Shown in pieces: positions 28,805 through 38,625 of a DNA stretch of 64,000 nucleotides (position 1 is its first letter; each line of letters opens with the position of its first letter). Under the pieces are notes generated by a model. That model had not been told where the DNA came from. It did not search any database and was given only the letters and a program-made list of their open reading frames with translations. This DNA is from an uncultured Gemmatimonadales bacterium. Its GTDB lineage: Bacteria; Gemmatimonadota; Gemmatimonadetes; Gemmatimonadales; GWC2-71-9. Location of the stretch: assembly GCA_963695555.1 (NCBI GenBank), contig CAVOGR010000001.1:928001-992000 (forward strand), read 5' to 3'. The position numbers were made by a program, and so were the translations under genes.

Positions 28805-31330
28805 ATGTCTGCTCCCCTGCCGAGCCCGGTCCAACGAATTGCCCACGCGGCGTGTGCCCGTCTTCGGGCGGAGATTGGTCGCGCCGGTGGCCGTGAGGTC
28901 TGTTTCGTGGCCGACCTCGACGGCGAAGGGATCATCGTCTCGGCCGATGCGGTGTCTCGGGGGACGCCCGACATGGTGCTCGCCCTGCCCGGTGTCGCGA
29001 GCCGGGGTCAAATGCTGCTCCACAATCATCCCACCGGAGAACTCGAGCCGTCGCAAGCCGACTTGAGTGTCGCCGCCCGGCTCCACGAGGCCGGCATCGG
29101 GTTCGGCATCATCAATAACGACGCGTCTGAACTGTATGTCGTGACCGAAGTCCCTGTCCCACGGGTCACCAACGCGATCGATCCCTTCGACGTAGTGGGA
29201 ACTCTTGCCGAGCACGGCGCCGTCAGTCGCGTGCTCGGCCAGTTCGAGGATCGTCCGAGCCAGCGCGACATGGCGGCCTACATCGCCGACGGCTACAACG
29301 AAGGCGGCGTGCAGGTCCTGGAAGCCGGGACCGGGGTGGGGAAGTCCTTCGCCTACCTGGTTCCAGCGTTGGCATGGGCCCGGGCCAATTCCGAGCGCAC
29401 GGTCATCAGCACCAACACCATCAACCTGCAAGAGCAATTGGTTGGGAAAGATCTGCCCCTGCTGAAGGATGCGCTTCAGTGCGCCGACTACACGCCCACG
29501 TTCGCGTTGCTCAAGGGATGGCGCAACTACCTCTGTCTGGCGCGGCTGGAGCAGGCGGCGTCAGCGCAGCAGACGCTGCTCGAGCCGGAGCGGCTCGATG
29601 AACTCCTCACCGTGGTCGAATGGGCAGGGCACACGGCAGACGGCACGCTCAGCGACCTACCGTTCACCCCGGCAACAGAAGTATGGGACGAGGTCAGCGC
29701 GGAGTCCGATCTCTGCACCCGCCTCAAGTGCTCGTGGTATCAGAAGTGTTTCCTCTTTCAGGCGCGTCAGCGCGCCGCGGAAGCGGACGTGGTGGTGGTG
29801 AATCACCATCTCTTCGCCGCCGATCTCTCGGTGCGTCTGGCTCAGGACAATTGGCTGGAAGCCGCCGTGTTGCCCCCCTACCGGCGGCTCATTCTCGACG
29901 AAGCCCATCATCTCGAGGACGTCGCGGCAGAGCATCTCGGGACCCAGGTCACGAGTTGGGGGGTGCGACGATTACTCGGCCGATTCGAGCGGAATGGAAA
30001 GGGGCTGGCGCCGGCGCTCGCCCAGGAATTGGCTGCGCGTGACGATCTCCTGAGTAGGGCCAGCCTGGACCTCCTCAGGGAACGCCTCATCCCGGCCCTC
30101 TCCACCGCCCGGCGGATGGCCGACGCGCTGTTCGCTCGATTGCAGGGACACTTGGCGAATGTATCGGGCCGGACGCTCCGACTGGCCGACGAATTCCAGG
30201 CCGACGAGATCTGGGCCCAAGGTCTGGCCGTCGAATTGGACGGCGCGGTCGGCGCCTTCCGGCAGATCAAGGACCTGGTCGAAACAATCGCGGACCGCCT
30301 CGCCCAAGGCGAGGAATCGGAACGGCAGCAACAGTTGCTCAAGGAACTGCGCGGACTGTACCGCCGGCTCGAGAGCCAGGAGGACGGACTCAATCGCACG
30401 CTCCGTCCGGCGCCGGGCGGAGACCCGGTGGTGCGCTGGATGGAGCGGTGGGGGCAGCGTGGCCAACACGTACGGCTGGCGACGGTCCCGCTCGATCTTG
30501 CCCCGATCCTGCGCGAACTCATCTTCGACCGGCTGGAAACGGTCGTCCTCACAAGCGCCACCCTTGCCGCGGGCGGTGACTTCGATTTCCTGGAACGCCG
30601 GCTGGGCCTGGCCGCGGCCCCGTCGCCGGTCACCGTGCGGGAAATACTGCCGTCGCCGTTCGACTTCACCGGCCAATGCCTGTTCGGCATCCCCAACGAC
30701 ATGCCGGACCCGCGTGCGGATGAATCGGGTCATGATGCCGCCACCGCGGAGATCGTCGCGCAACTAGCCGCGGCCTCCGATGGTGGCATGTTCGTGCTGT
30801 TTACCAGTCACGCCGCGCTCCGCCGCGTGGGCGACTTGCTCCGGGCCTCACTGCCGGTCCAATGGCCCCTGCTGGTTCAGGGCGAGGCGCCCCGCGACGC
30901 GCTCCTCCGCCGCTTTCGCGAGGCGGGGAACGCCATTCTCCTCGGCACCGATTCCTTCTGGGAAGGGGTGGACGTGCCGGGTCGGGCCCTTCGGGCCCTG
31001 GTGCTCACCAAGCTGCCGTTTAAAGTGCCCTCCGAGCCGGTCACATCGGCACGGCTCGAACGCATCAGCGAAGAGGGCGGTGACGGGTTCTGGCAGTACC
31101 TGGTGCCACACGCGGCCTTGAAACTCAAGCAAGGGTTCGGGCGGCTGATTCGCTCGCGGCAGGACGTCGGAGTTGTACTGCTGCTCGACCCGCGGATCCT
31201 CACGAAACGCTACGGCAACGTTATCCGGTCGGGACTCCCGCCAGCCACCGAGATCGTCGGGAATTGGCGTGACGTGCTGATTGCGTGTGAAGACTTCTTT
31301 GCCCGGCACGGAATTGGAGCCACCTGGTGA
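28805..31330 (+). CDS. dinG: DinG/YoaA-family Fe-S helicase with N-terminal JAB/MPN (RadC-like) domain
   Basis: EVCF...HNHPTGELEPSQAD; EAGTGVGKS, DEAH, TSATL, SFWEGVD, QGFGRLIR. Confidence 0.9.
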   Translation: MSAPLPSPVQRIAHAACARLRAEIGRAGGREVCFVADLDGEGIIVSADAVSRGTPDMVLALPGVASRGQMLLHNHPTGELEPSQADLSVAARLHEAGIGFGIINNDASELYVVTEVPVPRVTNAIDPFDVVGTLAEHGAVSRVLGQFEDRPSQRDMAAYIADGYNEGGVQVLEAGTGVGKSFAYLVPALAWARANSERTVISTNTINLQEQLVGKDLPLLKDALQCADYTPTFALLKGWRNYLCLARLEQAASAQQTLLEPERLDELLTVVEWAGHTADGTLSDLPFTPATEVWDEVSAESDLCTRLKCSWYQKCFLFQARQRAAEADVVVVNHHLFAADLSVRLAQDNWLEAAVLPPYRRLILDEAHHLEDVAAEHLGTQVTSWGVRRLLGRFERNGKGLAPALAQELAARDDLLSRASLDLLRERLIPALSTARRMADALFARLQGHLANVSGRTLRLADEFQADEIWAQGLAVELDGAVGAFRQIKDLVETIADRLAQGEESERQQQLLKELRGLYRRLESQEDGLNRTLRPAPGGDPVVRWMERWGQRGQHVRLATVPLDLAPILRELIFDRLETVVLTSATLAAGGDFDFLERRLGLAAAPSPVTVREILPSPFDFTGQCLFGIPNDMPDPRADESGHDAATAEIVAQLAAASDGGMFVLFTSHAALRRVGDLLRASLPVQWPLLVQGEAPRDALLRRFREAGNAILLGTDSFWEGVDVPGRALRALVLTKLPFKVPSEPVTSARLERISEEGGDGFWQYLVPHAALKLKQGFGRLIRSRQDVGVVLLLDPRILTKRYGNVIRSGLPPATEIVGNWRDVLIACEDFFARHGIGATW

Positions 31331-31953
31331 CCCTCGTGCATCCGTCGAAGATCGTGTGCGTCGGTAGGAACTATCCGGCCCATGCCGCCGAGCTGGGGAA
31401 CGAGGTCCCCGAGCGGCCGCTCCTCTTCCTGAAACCCCCGAGTGCGCTCGTTGGGAATGGCGAGCCCATCGTTATTCCGAGCGAATCGGCCAGGGTCGAC
31501 CATGAAGCGGAAATCGGCGTGATTATCGAGCGTCGGGTTCGACGGGCCACCCCGGACGAAGCGGCCGCTGCCATCGGATTGTACGTTTGCCTCAACGACG
31601 TGACCGCTCGCGACCTCCAGCGGCCCGATGGGCAATGGACCCGAGCCAAGGGATTCGACACGTTCTGTCCCGTCAGCGATCCGGTCCGGCCGGAGACGGA
31701 TTGGCAAGAACTCGAGGTGGTGTGCCGGGTCAATGGCCAGGAGCGTCAACGGGGGAGGGCGGCCGACATGCACTTCGCCATTCCGGAGCTGATCGCGTAT
31801 ATCAGTGGCATCATGACGCTCGAGCCCGGTGATCTCGTGGCCACCGGCACACCCGCCGGCGTCGGGCCGCTAGTGGCCGGCGATGTGGTGGAAGTGGAAA
31901 TCCCGGGGGTGGGGCTCTTGACCAATCCGGTCGAGGCGGAAAGGGTCACATGA
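31327..31953 (+). CDS. Fumarylacetoacetate hydrolase family protein
   Basis: CVGRNY, FLKP, HEAE, NDVTARD, AKGFDTF, TGTPAGVG. Confidence 0.95.
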   Translation: MTLVHPSKIVCVGRNYPAHAAELGNEVPERPLLFLKPPSALVGNGEPIVIPSESARVDHEAEIGVIIERRVRRATPDEAAAAIGLYVCLNDVTARDLQRPDGQWTRAKGFDTFCPVSDPVRPETDWQELEVVCRVNGQERQRGRAADMHFAIPELIAYISGIMTLEPGDLVATGTPAGVGPLVAGDVVEVEIPGVGLLTNPVEAERVT

Positions 31954-33146
31954 GGCGACACAATACCAGACTCCTGTCGTTGCCGGGCTATCCGCTGGCG
32001 GAGCTGCCGGGGATCAAACGGCGTCTGATCCAAGAAGGAAGGGACGTGATCGATTTGGGCGCCGGCGACAACGACATGCCGCCGCCCGCCGAGGTCGTGG
32101 CAGCGATGCAGGAGGCCGTCACCGACCCCGCCATGAGCAAGTATGGATTCCAGCAAGGCCTGCCCGAGTTTCGCCAGTCGGCCGTCCGATATCTCGAGCG
32201 GCGCTTTGGGGTCGCGATCGATCCGGTCGCGGAGCTCCTGCCCATGATCGGCTCCAAGGAGGGAATTGCCCACCTGCCGTTCGGCCTCGTCGAGCCGGGC
32301 GACGTCGCCGTCATTCCCGAGCCCGGGTATCAGGCCTACCTGGGTGGGGCGGTGCTGGCGGGTGCCGAGCCCTACGTCGTGCCGCTTCGGGCGGAGAACG
32401 GTTTCCTGCTCGAACTCGACACGCTGCCCACGGACGTGCTCCAGCGAGCGGCCATCGCGTATCTCAACTACCCCAACAACCCGACTGCGGCCGTCGCGCC
32501 GCGTGAGTACCTCGAGCGGGCGGTCGCCACCTGTCGCCGGTACGACATCGCGCTGGTGTATGACAACGCCTACTGCGACCTCACCTTCGACGGCTATGAG
32601 GCGCCGTGCATGCTTGGGCTGCCGGGTGCGCGGGACGTGGCCGTGGAGTACTTCAGCCTGTCCAAGAGCTTCTCGATGACGGGCTGGCGGATCGGGTTTG
32701 TGGCCGGCAATCGCGACCTGATCGCGTGTCTCACCAAGGTGAAGACCTATGTCGACACGGGGCCGTTCCTCGCCATCCAGCGCGCCGGCTCGGTGGCACT
32801 CGACCATGCGGAGCGGTTCGTCGAACCCGTGGTGCGCACCCTCGCCGAGCGGCGGGACGCAGCGGTCGACAGCCTGCGGGCGGCCGGGTTCGCGGTCGAC
32901 CCGCCGCGTGCGACCATGTACCTGTGGATCGCGTTGCCTGCGGGAGTCCGATCCTCCGAATTTGCGCGCGTGGCGCTCGAGGAGTGCGACGTCTTGGTAT
33001 TACCGGGGAGTGGATTCGGGCCGGCGGGTGAGGGGTTCTTCCGGATCGCACTCACGGTGAGTCTTGCGCGGCTGGCCGAAGCAAGTCAGCGTTTGGGACG
33101 GGCCCTGGACCGGGTGCGAGGCGGAGCGGTTGAAACCCGCAACTGA
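31950..33146 (+). CDS. Class I/II PLP aminotransferase (LL-diaminopimelate aminotransferase-like)
   Basis: GSKEG, NYPNNPT, DNAY, SLSKSFSMTGWRIG. Confidence 0.9.
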   Translation: MRRHNTRLLSLPGYPLAELPGIKRRLIQEGRDVIDLGAGDNDMPPPAEVVAAMQEAVTDPAMSKYGFQQGLPEFRQSAVRYLERRFGVAIDPVAELLPMIGSKEGIAHLPFGLVEPGDVAVIPEPGYQAYLGGAVLAGAEPYVVPLRAENGFLLELDTLPTDVLQRAAIAYLNYPNNPTAAVAPREYLERAVATCRRYDIALVYDNAYCDLTFDGYEAPCMLGLPGARDVAVEYFSLSKSFSMTGWRIGFVAGNRDLIACLTKVKTYVDTGPFLAIQRAGSVALDHAERFVEPVVRTLAERRDAAVDSLRAAGFAVDPPRATMYLWIALPAGVRSSEFARVALEECDVLVLPGSGFGPAGEGFFRIALTVSLARLAEASQRLGRALDRVRGGAVETRN

Positions 33147-33975
33147 CTTGTGGATGCCGCGATCGCGGCGCTGGTCGCCTTGGGCCATCGGCCTGAGTGT
33201 GGCGATCCACGTCGCGTTCATTCTCGTCTTCCGGGCCGAGGGCCACCTGCCCCACATCGCGCGCAGGCCCAGTCCCGACATCATCGTGCTCTCCCCGCCG
33301 GAGGCGGAGCGACGCGAAGTGCTCATGCCGTTTGGCGGAGCCCCAGCGGTCCCGCCTGCCGCGGGCCGGCCGGCGGTGCGCGTGGCCATTCCGGCGGAAA
33401 TATCCGAGCCCGACACCGTCGCCTACGATTTCCCGCCGGTGACCGTGACCGAGACGAGCCCCTACCGCCGTACCATCGGACGCATCGCTCCGAGGCTGGC
33501 CGGAGGCGGGCTCTGGGTCCGCCCGCTCCCGCTGCCACCGCAGGAACTGGCCCAGCGGATTACCCGCTCGCATGAAGAACTGGTCGACAGCGCGGTCACG
33601 GCCATCGTGCAGGCCTTTCTGGATTCGGTGACACCCGTGCCCGGTTCGGTGGTGGCGTCACTCCCGAAGTGGACCACCGAGATTGGCGGCAAGAAATTCG
33701 GCATCGACGGGAGCAACATCTACATCGCAGGACTCAAGATTCCCACTGCCGTGCTCGCGCTCTTGCCGCTCCAGGGCGGCAACATCGATCAGTCGCGCCG
33801 CTACAACGACCTGATGGACATGCGGTCGGATATCTACAACGCCGCTCGACGCGCGGATAATCTCGAGGAGTTCAAGCAGGTGATCGAGGAGATTCGCGAG
33901 CGGAAGGAGCGTGAGAAGGAGTTCGAGCGGAACCAACGCACGGCCCCGCCGCCGGAAGAACCTCCGGTTCCGTAA
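33130..33975 (+). CDS. Hypothetical membrane-anchored protein with TonB-like S-x3-H TM and Pro-rich linker
   Basis: TTG start with GGAG; LSVAIHVAFILV anchor. Confidence 0.7.
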   Translation: MKPATDLWMPRSRRWSPWAIGLSVAIHVAFILVFRAEGHLPHIARRPSPDIIVLSPPEAERREVLMPFGGAPAVPPAAGRPAVRVAIPAEISEPDTVAYDFPPVTVTETSPYRRTIGRIAPRLAGGGLWVRPLPLPPQELAQRITRSHEELVDSAVTAIVQAFLDSVTPVPGSVVASLPKWTTEIGGKKFGIDGSNIYIAGLKIPTAVLALLPLQGGNIDQSRRYNDLMDMRSDIYNAARRADNLEEFKQVIEEIRERKEREKEFERNQRTAPPPEEPPVP

Positions 33976-33984
33976 CCGACCGGC

Positions 33985-35331
33985 CTACTTGGCCTCGGGC
34001 GGCGGCAGGATCTCGCCACCGTCGCCGATCCTCGCCGCCGTCGCCCCGAAGTCCTCGGTCGAGAGGCGCCGCACCAGGGCGATGGCCCGGCCGGCGGGGT
34101 CGGTGCGCGGTCCGGCCCGGGGTACCTGGTACAGCGGCTGGAGCCGGGCGGATCGGAAGGCGCCGTCGGACCCCAATTCCAAATCCAAGATGGCCGTGAT
34201 GCCCAGGGGTCCCGACAGATTGAACCCCCGGTAGGTGGCGAAGTTGCCCAAGGAGTACGCGATCGGGCGGCCCCGATAGAATTCGATCCCACGGAGCACA
34301 TGCGGGCCGTGCCCGATTACGGCATCGGCCCCGGCATCCACCACCGCGCGCGCCCACCTTCGGAGATCGCCGCGCGGCTCGCGTCCCAGAAACTCGGGAC
34401 CGTCCGGCGTGTGCACGGCGTCGGCTCCCTCGCTCCCGCCGTGGAAGGTGACGATCAGCACGTCCACCAGCGGTCGCACGCTCGCGACCAGGCCTTCGCT
34501 CGCCGTGACGTCGAGCAGGTTGTACGAATGGGGATAGGTCGCGAAGCCGATGAGCCCGACCACGGTGATACTGTCCGCCCGGTAGAGCGTGTCGATGCTC
34601 AGGCGCTCCAGGGGGCCGTAGGTCCGAATGCCGAGCGCTTCCAACGAACGCTCGGCCATGCTCCGGCCTTCGGATCCCATGTCGTTGGCATGGTTGTTGG
34701 CCAAATTGAGGTGGGTAAACCCGGCCTCGGCCAGGCGCGGCAGCAAGTGCGTCGGAGCCACGAAGGCGTAGCATTGCTGCCGGATGGTTCCATCGTCCCT
34801 CCGGCACTTGGATGGTGAGCCGGTGTCTCCCACGGCGCTCTCGAAGTTGCCGACCACCATGTCTCCAGTCAGCAGTGGCACCACCGCGGCTAAGAGCCCA
34901 CGCCCGCTGTCCGCAGGAACCCCGTCCGGCAGCGTCGTCGTGCCGAGGCTGATGTCCCCAACGAAGCTCAAACGAACCGGTGCCTCCGCCTTGGGCGGCG
35001 ACCGGTCCATCGGGACCGCGAGCGGATCGCCCAGGCGGGCCGAGTCGATCGATGGCTTCATGGGGGCATCGCTGGGGATTGCGACGTCGGGACGATCGAG
35101 CCGCGCGGAATCGATGGAGGGCTCAGGCGTCGAGTCCCTCGGGATGGTAACCGGCCCGATCATCGGACCCGGATCGATGTTGGGTTTGATCGGTGGCGTC
35201 GGCGCCTCCGGTTGCTCGACTTCCGCCGGTGGCGGCTCGGGCTCGGGAAGGGCCTCCGGGGCAGGGCGGGCGCACGCCGCGGCCGTCACCAGCAGCCAGA
35301 GCCCGGCCGACGCCCGGAGGTCGTTACGCAT
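33985..35331 (-). CDS. CapA/PgsA-family metallophosphoesterase lipoprotein
   Basis: Lipobox AAAC; VGD, GNFE, LANNHAND, FHGG, GHGPHV, YSLGNF. Confidence 0.9.
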   Translation of the reverse strand: MRNDLRASAGLWLLVTAAACARPAPEALPEPEPPPAEVEQPEAPTPPIKPNIDPGPMIGPVTIPRDSTPEPSIDSARLDRPDVAIPSDAPMKPSIDSARLGDPLAVPMDRSPPKAEAPVRLSFVGDISLGTTTLPDGVPADSGRGLLAAVVPLLTGDMVVGNFESAVGDTGSPSKCRRDDGTIRQQCYAFVAPTHLLPRLAEAGFTHLNLANNHANDMGSEGRSMAERSLEALGIRTYGPLERLSIDTLYRADSITVVGLIGFATYPHSYNLLDVTASEGLVASVRPLVDVLIVTFHGGSEGADAVHTPDGPEFLGREPRGDLRRWARAVVDAGADAVIGHGPHVLRGIEFYRGRPIAYSLGNFATYRGFNLSGPLGITAILDLELGSDGAFRSARLQPLYQVPRAGPRTDPAGRAIALVRRLSTEDFGATAARIGDGGEILPPPEAK

Positions 35332-36754
35332 CAGTACTCCTCTTCGCAGCGTTCCGAAGACGCTCGAGGCTCGAATCGCGCCCCACCACGTACAGCAGAT
35401 CATTGACTGGCTCCGATACGGTCGATCCGGTGAGGGCAACCCGAATCGGTTGCATGACGTCTCCGAGCGTGAGCTCATTTGACTCGGCGACCCGTCGCAA
35501 GGTGTCGATGAGGTGTTCCGGCGTCCACTCGGCGGCGGATAGCTCCTGGAGCGCGGCGACGGCCAACCCAAGATTCGCGTCGAAGGCCGGGCCCATCTTG
35601 CCTTTGAGTTTCTCGGCCTTTTGGTCCGGCACGACCCGGCTCGGGTCCAGCCGGATGGCTATCTGCTCGGCCAGGTGCACCACCGTTCGGCTCCGCGTCT
35701 TCACGGCGTCGATCAATGGTAGCACGTCCGCGATGTCGGGCAGCTGCATACGCCCGAGCTCGCGCCGCACCGGTCCGACCAACTCCTCCGCGGGAAGCAT
35801 GGACAAGTATTGGCCGTTCATCCATTCCAGCTTGGTTGTGTCGAACACGGCCGGTTTCTTCTGAATGGACTCGAGCGAGAAGGCGTCGATCATCTCCCGT
35901 TCAGTGAGGATCTCCCGGTCGTCGCCCGGGGACCAGCCGAGCAGGGCGAGGAAGTTCCGCATGGCCTCCGGAAGGATCCCATGGTCCTGGTAGTCTCCGA
36001 CGGCGGTGGCACCGTGCCGCTTCGAGAGTTTCTTGCCGTCCGTGCCCAGGATCATGGGCACATGCGCAAACACCGGCGGCTCCCGGCCGAGTGCCCGGTA
36101 GAGCGCGATCTGTTTCGGGGTGTTGGAGATGTGATCGGCGCCACGGATAACGTGGGTGATCCCCATGTCGAGGTCGTCCGAGACCACGGCCAGGTTGTAG
36201 ATGGGAGATCCATCACTTCGAAGGATGACCAAATCGTCGAGGTCGCGTCCGTGAAAGCTGATCCGGCCGTGCACGGTATCGTCCCACGCCAGCTCCTCCT
36301 TCGGCATGAGAAACCGGATGGCGAACGGCGTGCCGGCGTCGATCTTGGCAGCGATCTCGGCATCGGACAAGGCATGGCAGCGGCGATCGTACGTGAATGG
36401 GGCCTTCTGCCGATCGGCTTTCTGCCTCTGCTCCGCCAGCTCGACCACCGAGCAGAAGCACCGATAGGCCTTCCCCTCGGTCAGGAGCTGGTGGGCGCGG
36501 GCTCGCTGCTGGTCGGAATAGTCGGCCTGGAAGAAGGGCCCCTCCTCCCACGTGACGCCGAGCCAAACGAGCCCGTCATGAATGACCTTGGTGTGCTCGT
36601 CGCTGCTTCGCGTCCGATCGGTGTCCTCGATGCGGAGGATGAAGGTGCCGCCGGTTTGCCGGACGAATAGCCAGTTGAACAACGCAGTACGCGCCCCGCC
36701 GACGTGGAGGTAGCCGGTGGGGGACGGTGCGAACCGGACGCGGGGTGCGGACAT
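35324..36754 (-). CDS. gltX: Glutamate--tRNA ligase
   Basis: RFAPSPTGYLHVGG, RIEDTD, KLSKRHG. Confidence 0.98.
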   Translation of the reverse strand: MSAPRVRFAPSPTGYLHVGGARTALFNWLFVRQTGGTFILRIEDTDRTRSSDEHTKVIHDGLVWLGVTWEEGPFFQADYSDQQRARAHQLLTEGKAYRCFCSVVELAEQRQKADRQKAPFTYDRRCHALSDAEIAAKIDAGTPFAIRFLMPKEELAWDDTVHGRISFHGRDLDDLVILRSDGSPIYNLAVVSDDLDMGITHVIRGADHISNTPKQIALYRALGREPPVFAHVPMILGTDGKKLSKRHGATAVGDYQDHGILPEAMRNFLALLGWSPGDDREILTEREMIDAFSLESIQKKPAVFDTTKLEWMNGQYLSMLPAEELVGPVRRELGRMQLPDIADVLPLIDAVKTRSRTVVHLAEQIAIRLDPSRVVPDQKAEKLKGKMGPAFDANLGLAVAALQELSAAEWTPEHLIDTLRRVAESNELTLGDVMQPIRVALTGSTVSEPVNDLLYVVGRDSSLERLRNAAKRSTDA

Positions 36755-36829
36755 GGATGGACGAATTTGGGAAGACCGGTGGCGGGAAAGGGTACGGTCC
36801 CGAGGGCCGGCTGGCACGTCGGGCGGAAA

Positions 36830-36919
36830 CGGAGCGGGAGGGATTCGAACCCTCGATAGGGGGATAAGCCCTATGCCGGTTTAGCAAACCGGTGCCTTCA
36901 GCCTCTCGGCCACCGCTCC
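36830..36919 (-). tRNA. tRNA-Ser(GCT)
   Basis: GGAGCGG...CCGGT-TTGCTAA-ACCGG, long variable arm, GGTTCGAATCC. Confidence 0.96.
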
Positions 36920-37002
36920 TCGGGACGTGGAAAGTGATCGCCCGGCCCGACCGGGGCAAGGTCTCTTGACCCAGCGTCATCGGTACCAATCACCCACCCT
37001 GT

Positions 37003-37036
37003 CACCAGGGCCGGCACTGCTGTGCCGGCCCTGGTG
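37003..37036. terminator. 15-bp perfect hairpin downstream of the DUF4097 gene
   Basis: CACCAGGGCCGGCAC-TGCT-GTGCCGGCCCTGGTG. Confidence 0.65.
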
Positions 37037-37066
37037 GATGCACGCGGGATGAACCGCCTTCGGGAC

Positions 37067-37870
37067 CTACCGTCGCTCGATGTGGACCCCGCCGTTGGTT
37101 GTCATCGCTCGGATCGGCGGGCCGCCGTCACCCAGCGTCACGGACAAGCGCTTCGTAAGCCGGCCCTGAACCATGACAGGGAAGTCGATCTCCAGCCCAC
37201 CGTTGGTGGTGCCGGTTTCCAGTCGGGCCGAGTAGCCGTCGGGCATTGTAAGGGAAACGCCGCCATTCCTGGTCTGGGCGTCCAACCCGGCGCCCTGCCA
37301 CCGCGAGCCGCTGAGCTCAATGTGGAGCCCTCCATTGGTCGTACGAGCGCGAACATCACCGCCGAGATTCCTGAGGTGGACACCGCCGTTTACCGTGGCG
37401 AGTGCCATCTTGCCGCGAACATCGCTCACCTCGACTCCGCCGTTCGTGGTTTCGAGGTCCAAGTCCTGACTGCGGGGTAGGTAGATCTCGTAACTCGCGG
37501 ACCAGTTTTCGTTGCGGCCGGTGGAGGGTCCCTTGGCGCGGATCGAGCCGCGGTCGGCCTCGATGCGGACCTCTGACGCAACCGCCCGGGCGCGCTCGTC
37601 GGTTCTCGCGTGGCCAACGACCACCACCCGAACGGCGATTTGGTCTCGGTCCCACCCCGAGACCTGGATTCCTCCGTTGGGACCCGCATCGACCTCGAGG
37701 CTGCCGGTCGGTGAGAGCGTCAGGTCCTTGACCAGACAATGCCGGCCCCGGTCGGCATTCCGCTCACGGCCCTCGCAGCTGGTTTGCCAATCTTGAGCGG
37801 TGGCTGGGGAAACCATGAGGGCGAGGAGTACTGCGATTGAGAGGCATGGAAGCACGTCATGTGACCGCAT
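37067..37870 (-). CDS. Secreted DUF4097/adhesin-like beta-repeat protein
   Basis: Signal peptide; repeated T-x-NGG[VL] units; GGAGG Shine-Dalgarno. Confidence 0.88.
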   Translation of the reverse strand: MRSHDVLPCLSIAVLLALMVSPATAQDWQTSCEGRERNADRGRHCLVKDLTLSPTGSLEVDAGPNGGIQVSGWDRDQIAVRVVVVGHARTDERARAVASEVRIEADRGSIRAKGPSTGRNENWSASYEIYLPRSQDLDLETTNGGVEVSDVRGKMALATVNGGVHLRNLGGDVRARTTNGGLHIELSGSRWQGAGLDAQTRNGGVSLTMPDGYSARLETGTTNGGLEIDFPVMVQGRLTKRLSVTLGDGGPPIRAMTTNGGVHIERR

Positions 37871-37962
37871 GGGGACCGACCTCCGGGTCGAGAGAGCCAA
37901 CGAGGGCATCAGAGGGTTAGATGCCCCGGAGTGCCCGAGGGTTGTCATCGTGCGACGAGCGG

Positions 37963-38625
37963 TTAGTCGAAGATGTGGTGGGTCACGGCGTAGTGGATCA
38001 GCCCCGGGGTGGTGCTCACGCCCAGGATCTTCTTGATGCGCCTGCGATGGAACTCGATGGCCTTGACGGTCAATTCAAGCGCCTCAGCCGTCTCGGCAAT
38101 GGTAGAACCGAGGACCAGGTGATGGAGGACTTCCAGCTGCCGTTCGGTGAGACGAAGCCAGGGCTTCATCCGCACCTCCCCACCGGTCGTTTGCTGCATG
38201 TCGCTGCCGGGCGAATACGCCTTGAGTTTGTCCGCCATGGCCGGGTCCATGAAGGTCTCGCCCTCGAGCGCCTTCTCAATGGCCGTCAAAAGCACCTCGC
38301 GCGGCGAATGCTTGAGCACGAACCCTGCAGCCGAGGCGCGCATGGCCTCGAGAGCGAACAGGGCCTCATCGTGCATGGTGAGGATGATGACCTTGGTGGG
38401 AGACCCGAGCTTCTTCATGCGCCGGGCCACGTCGATGCCGCTCTGTCCGGGCATGGACACGTCCACCAGGGCCAGGTCGGGCTTCAGGCGTTCGATCTCG
38501 TCCAGCACCTGCGAGCCTTCGTGTACCATGGCGACGACGCGGTAGGTGGGCTCGAGCGCGCCGACCAAGCCTTCGCAGAACATCTTGTGGTCGTCGGCCA
38601 CCAGGACTCGAGGGTGGTAGATCAT
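37963..38625 (-). CDS. NarL/LuxR-family response regulator
   Basis: VLVADDH, DVSMP, LTMH, FVLK; HTH LTERQLEVL...KAIEFHRRRIKKILG. Confidence 0.95.
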   Translation of the reverse strand: MIYHPRVLVADDHKMFCEGLVGALEPTYRVVAMVHEGSQVLDEIERLKPDLALVDVSMPGQSGIDVARRMKKLGSPTKVIILTMHDEALFALEAMRASAAGFVLKHSPREVLLTAIEKALEGETFMDPAMADKLKAYSPGSDMQQTTGGEVRMKPWLRLTERQLEVLHHLVLGSTIAETAEALELTVKAIEFHRRRIKKILGVSTTPGLIHYAVTHHIFD

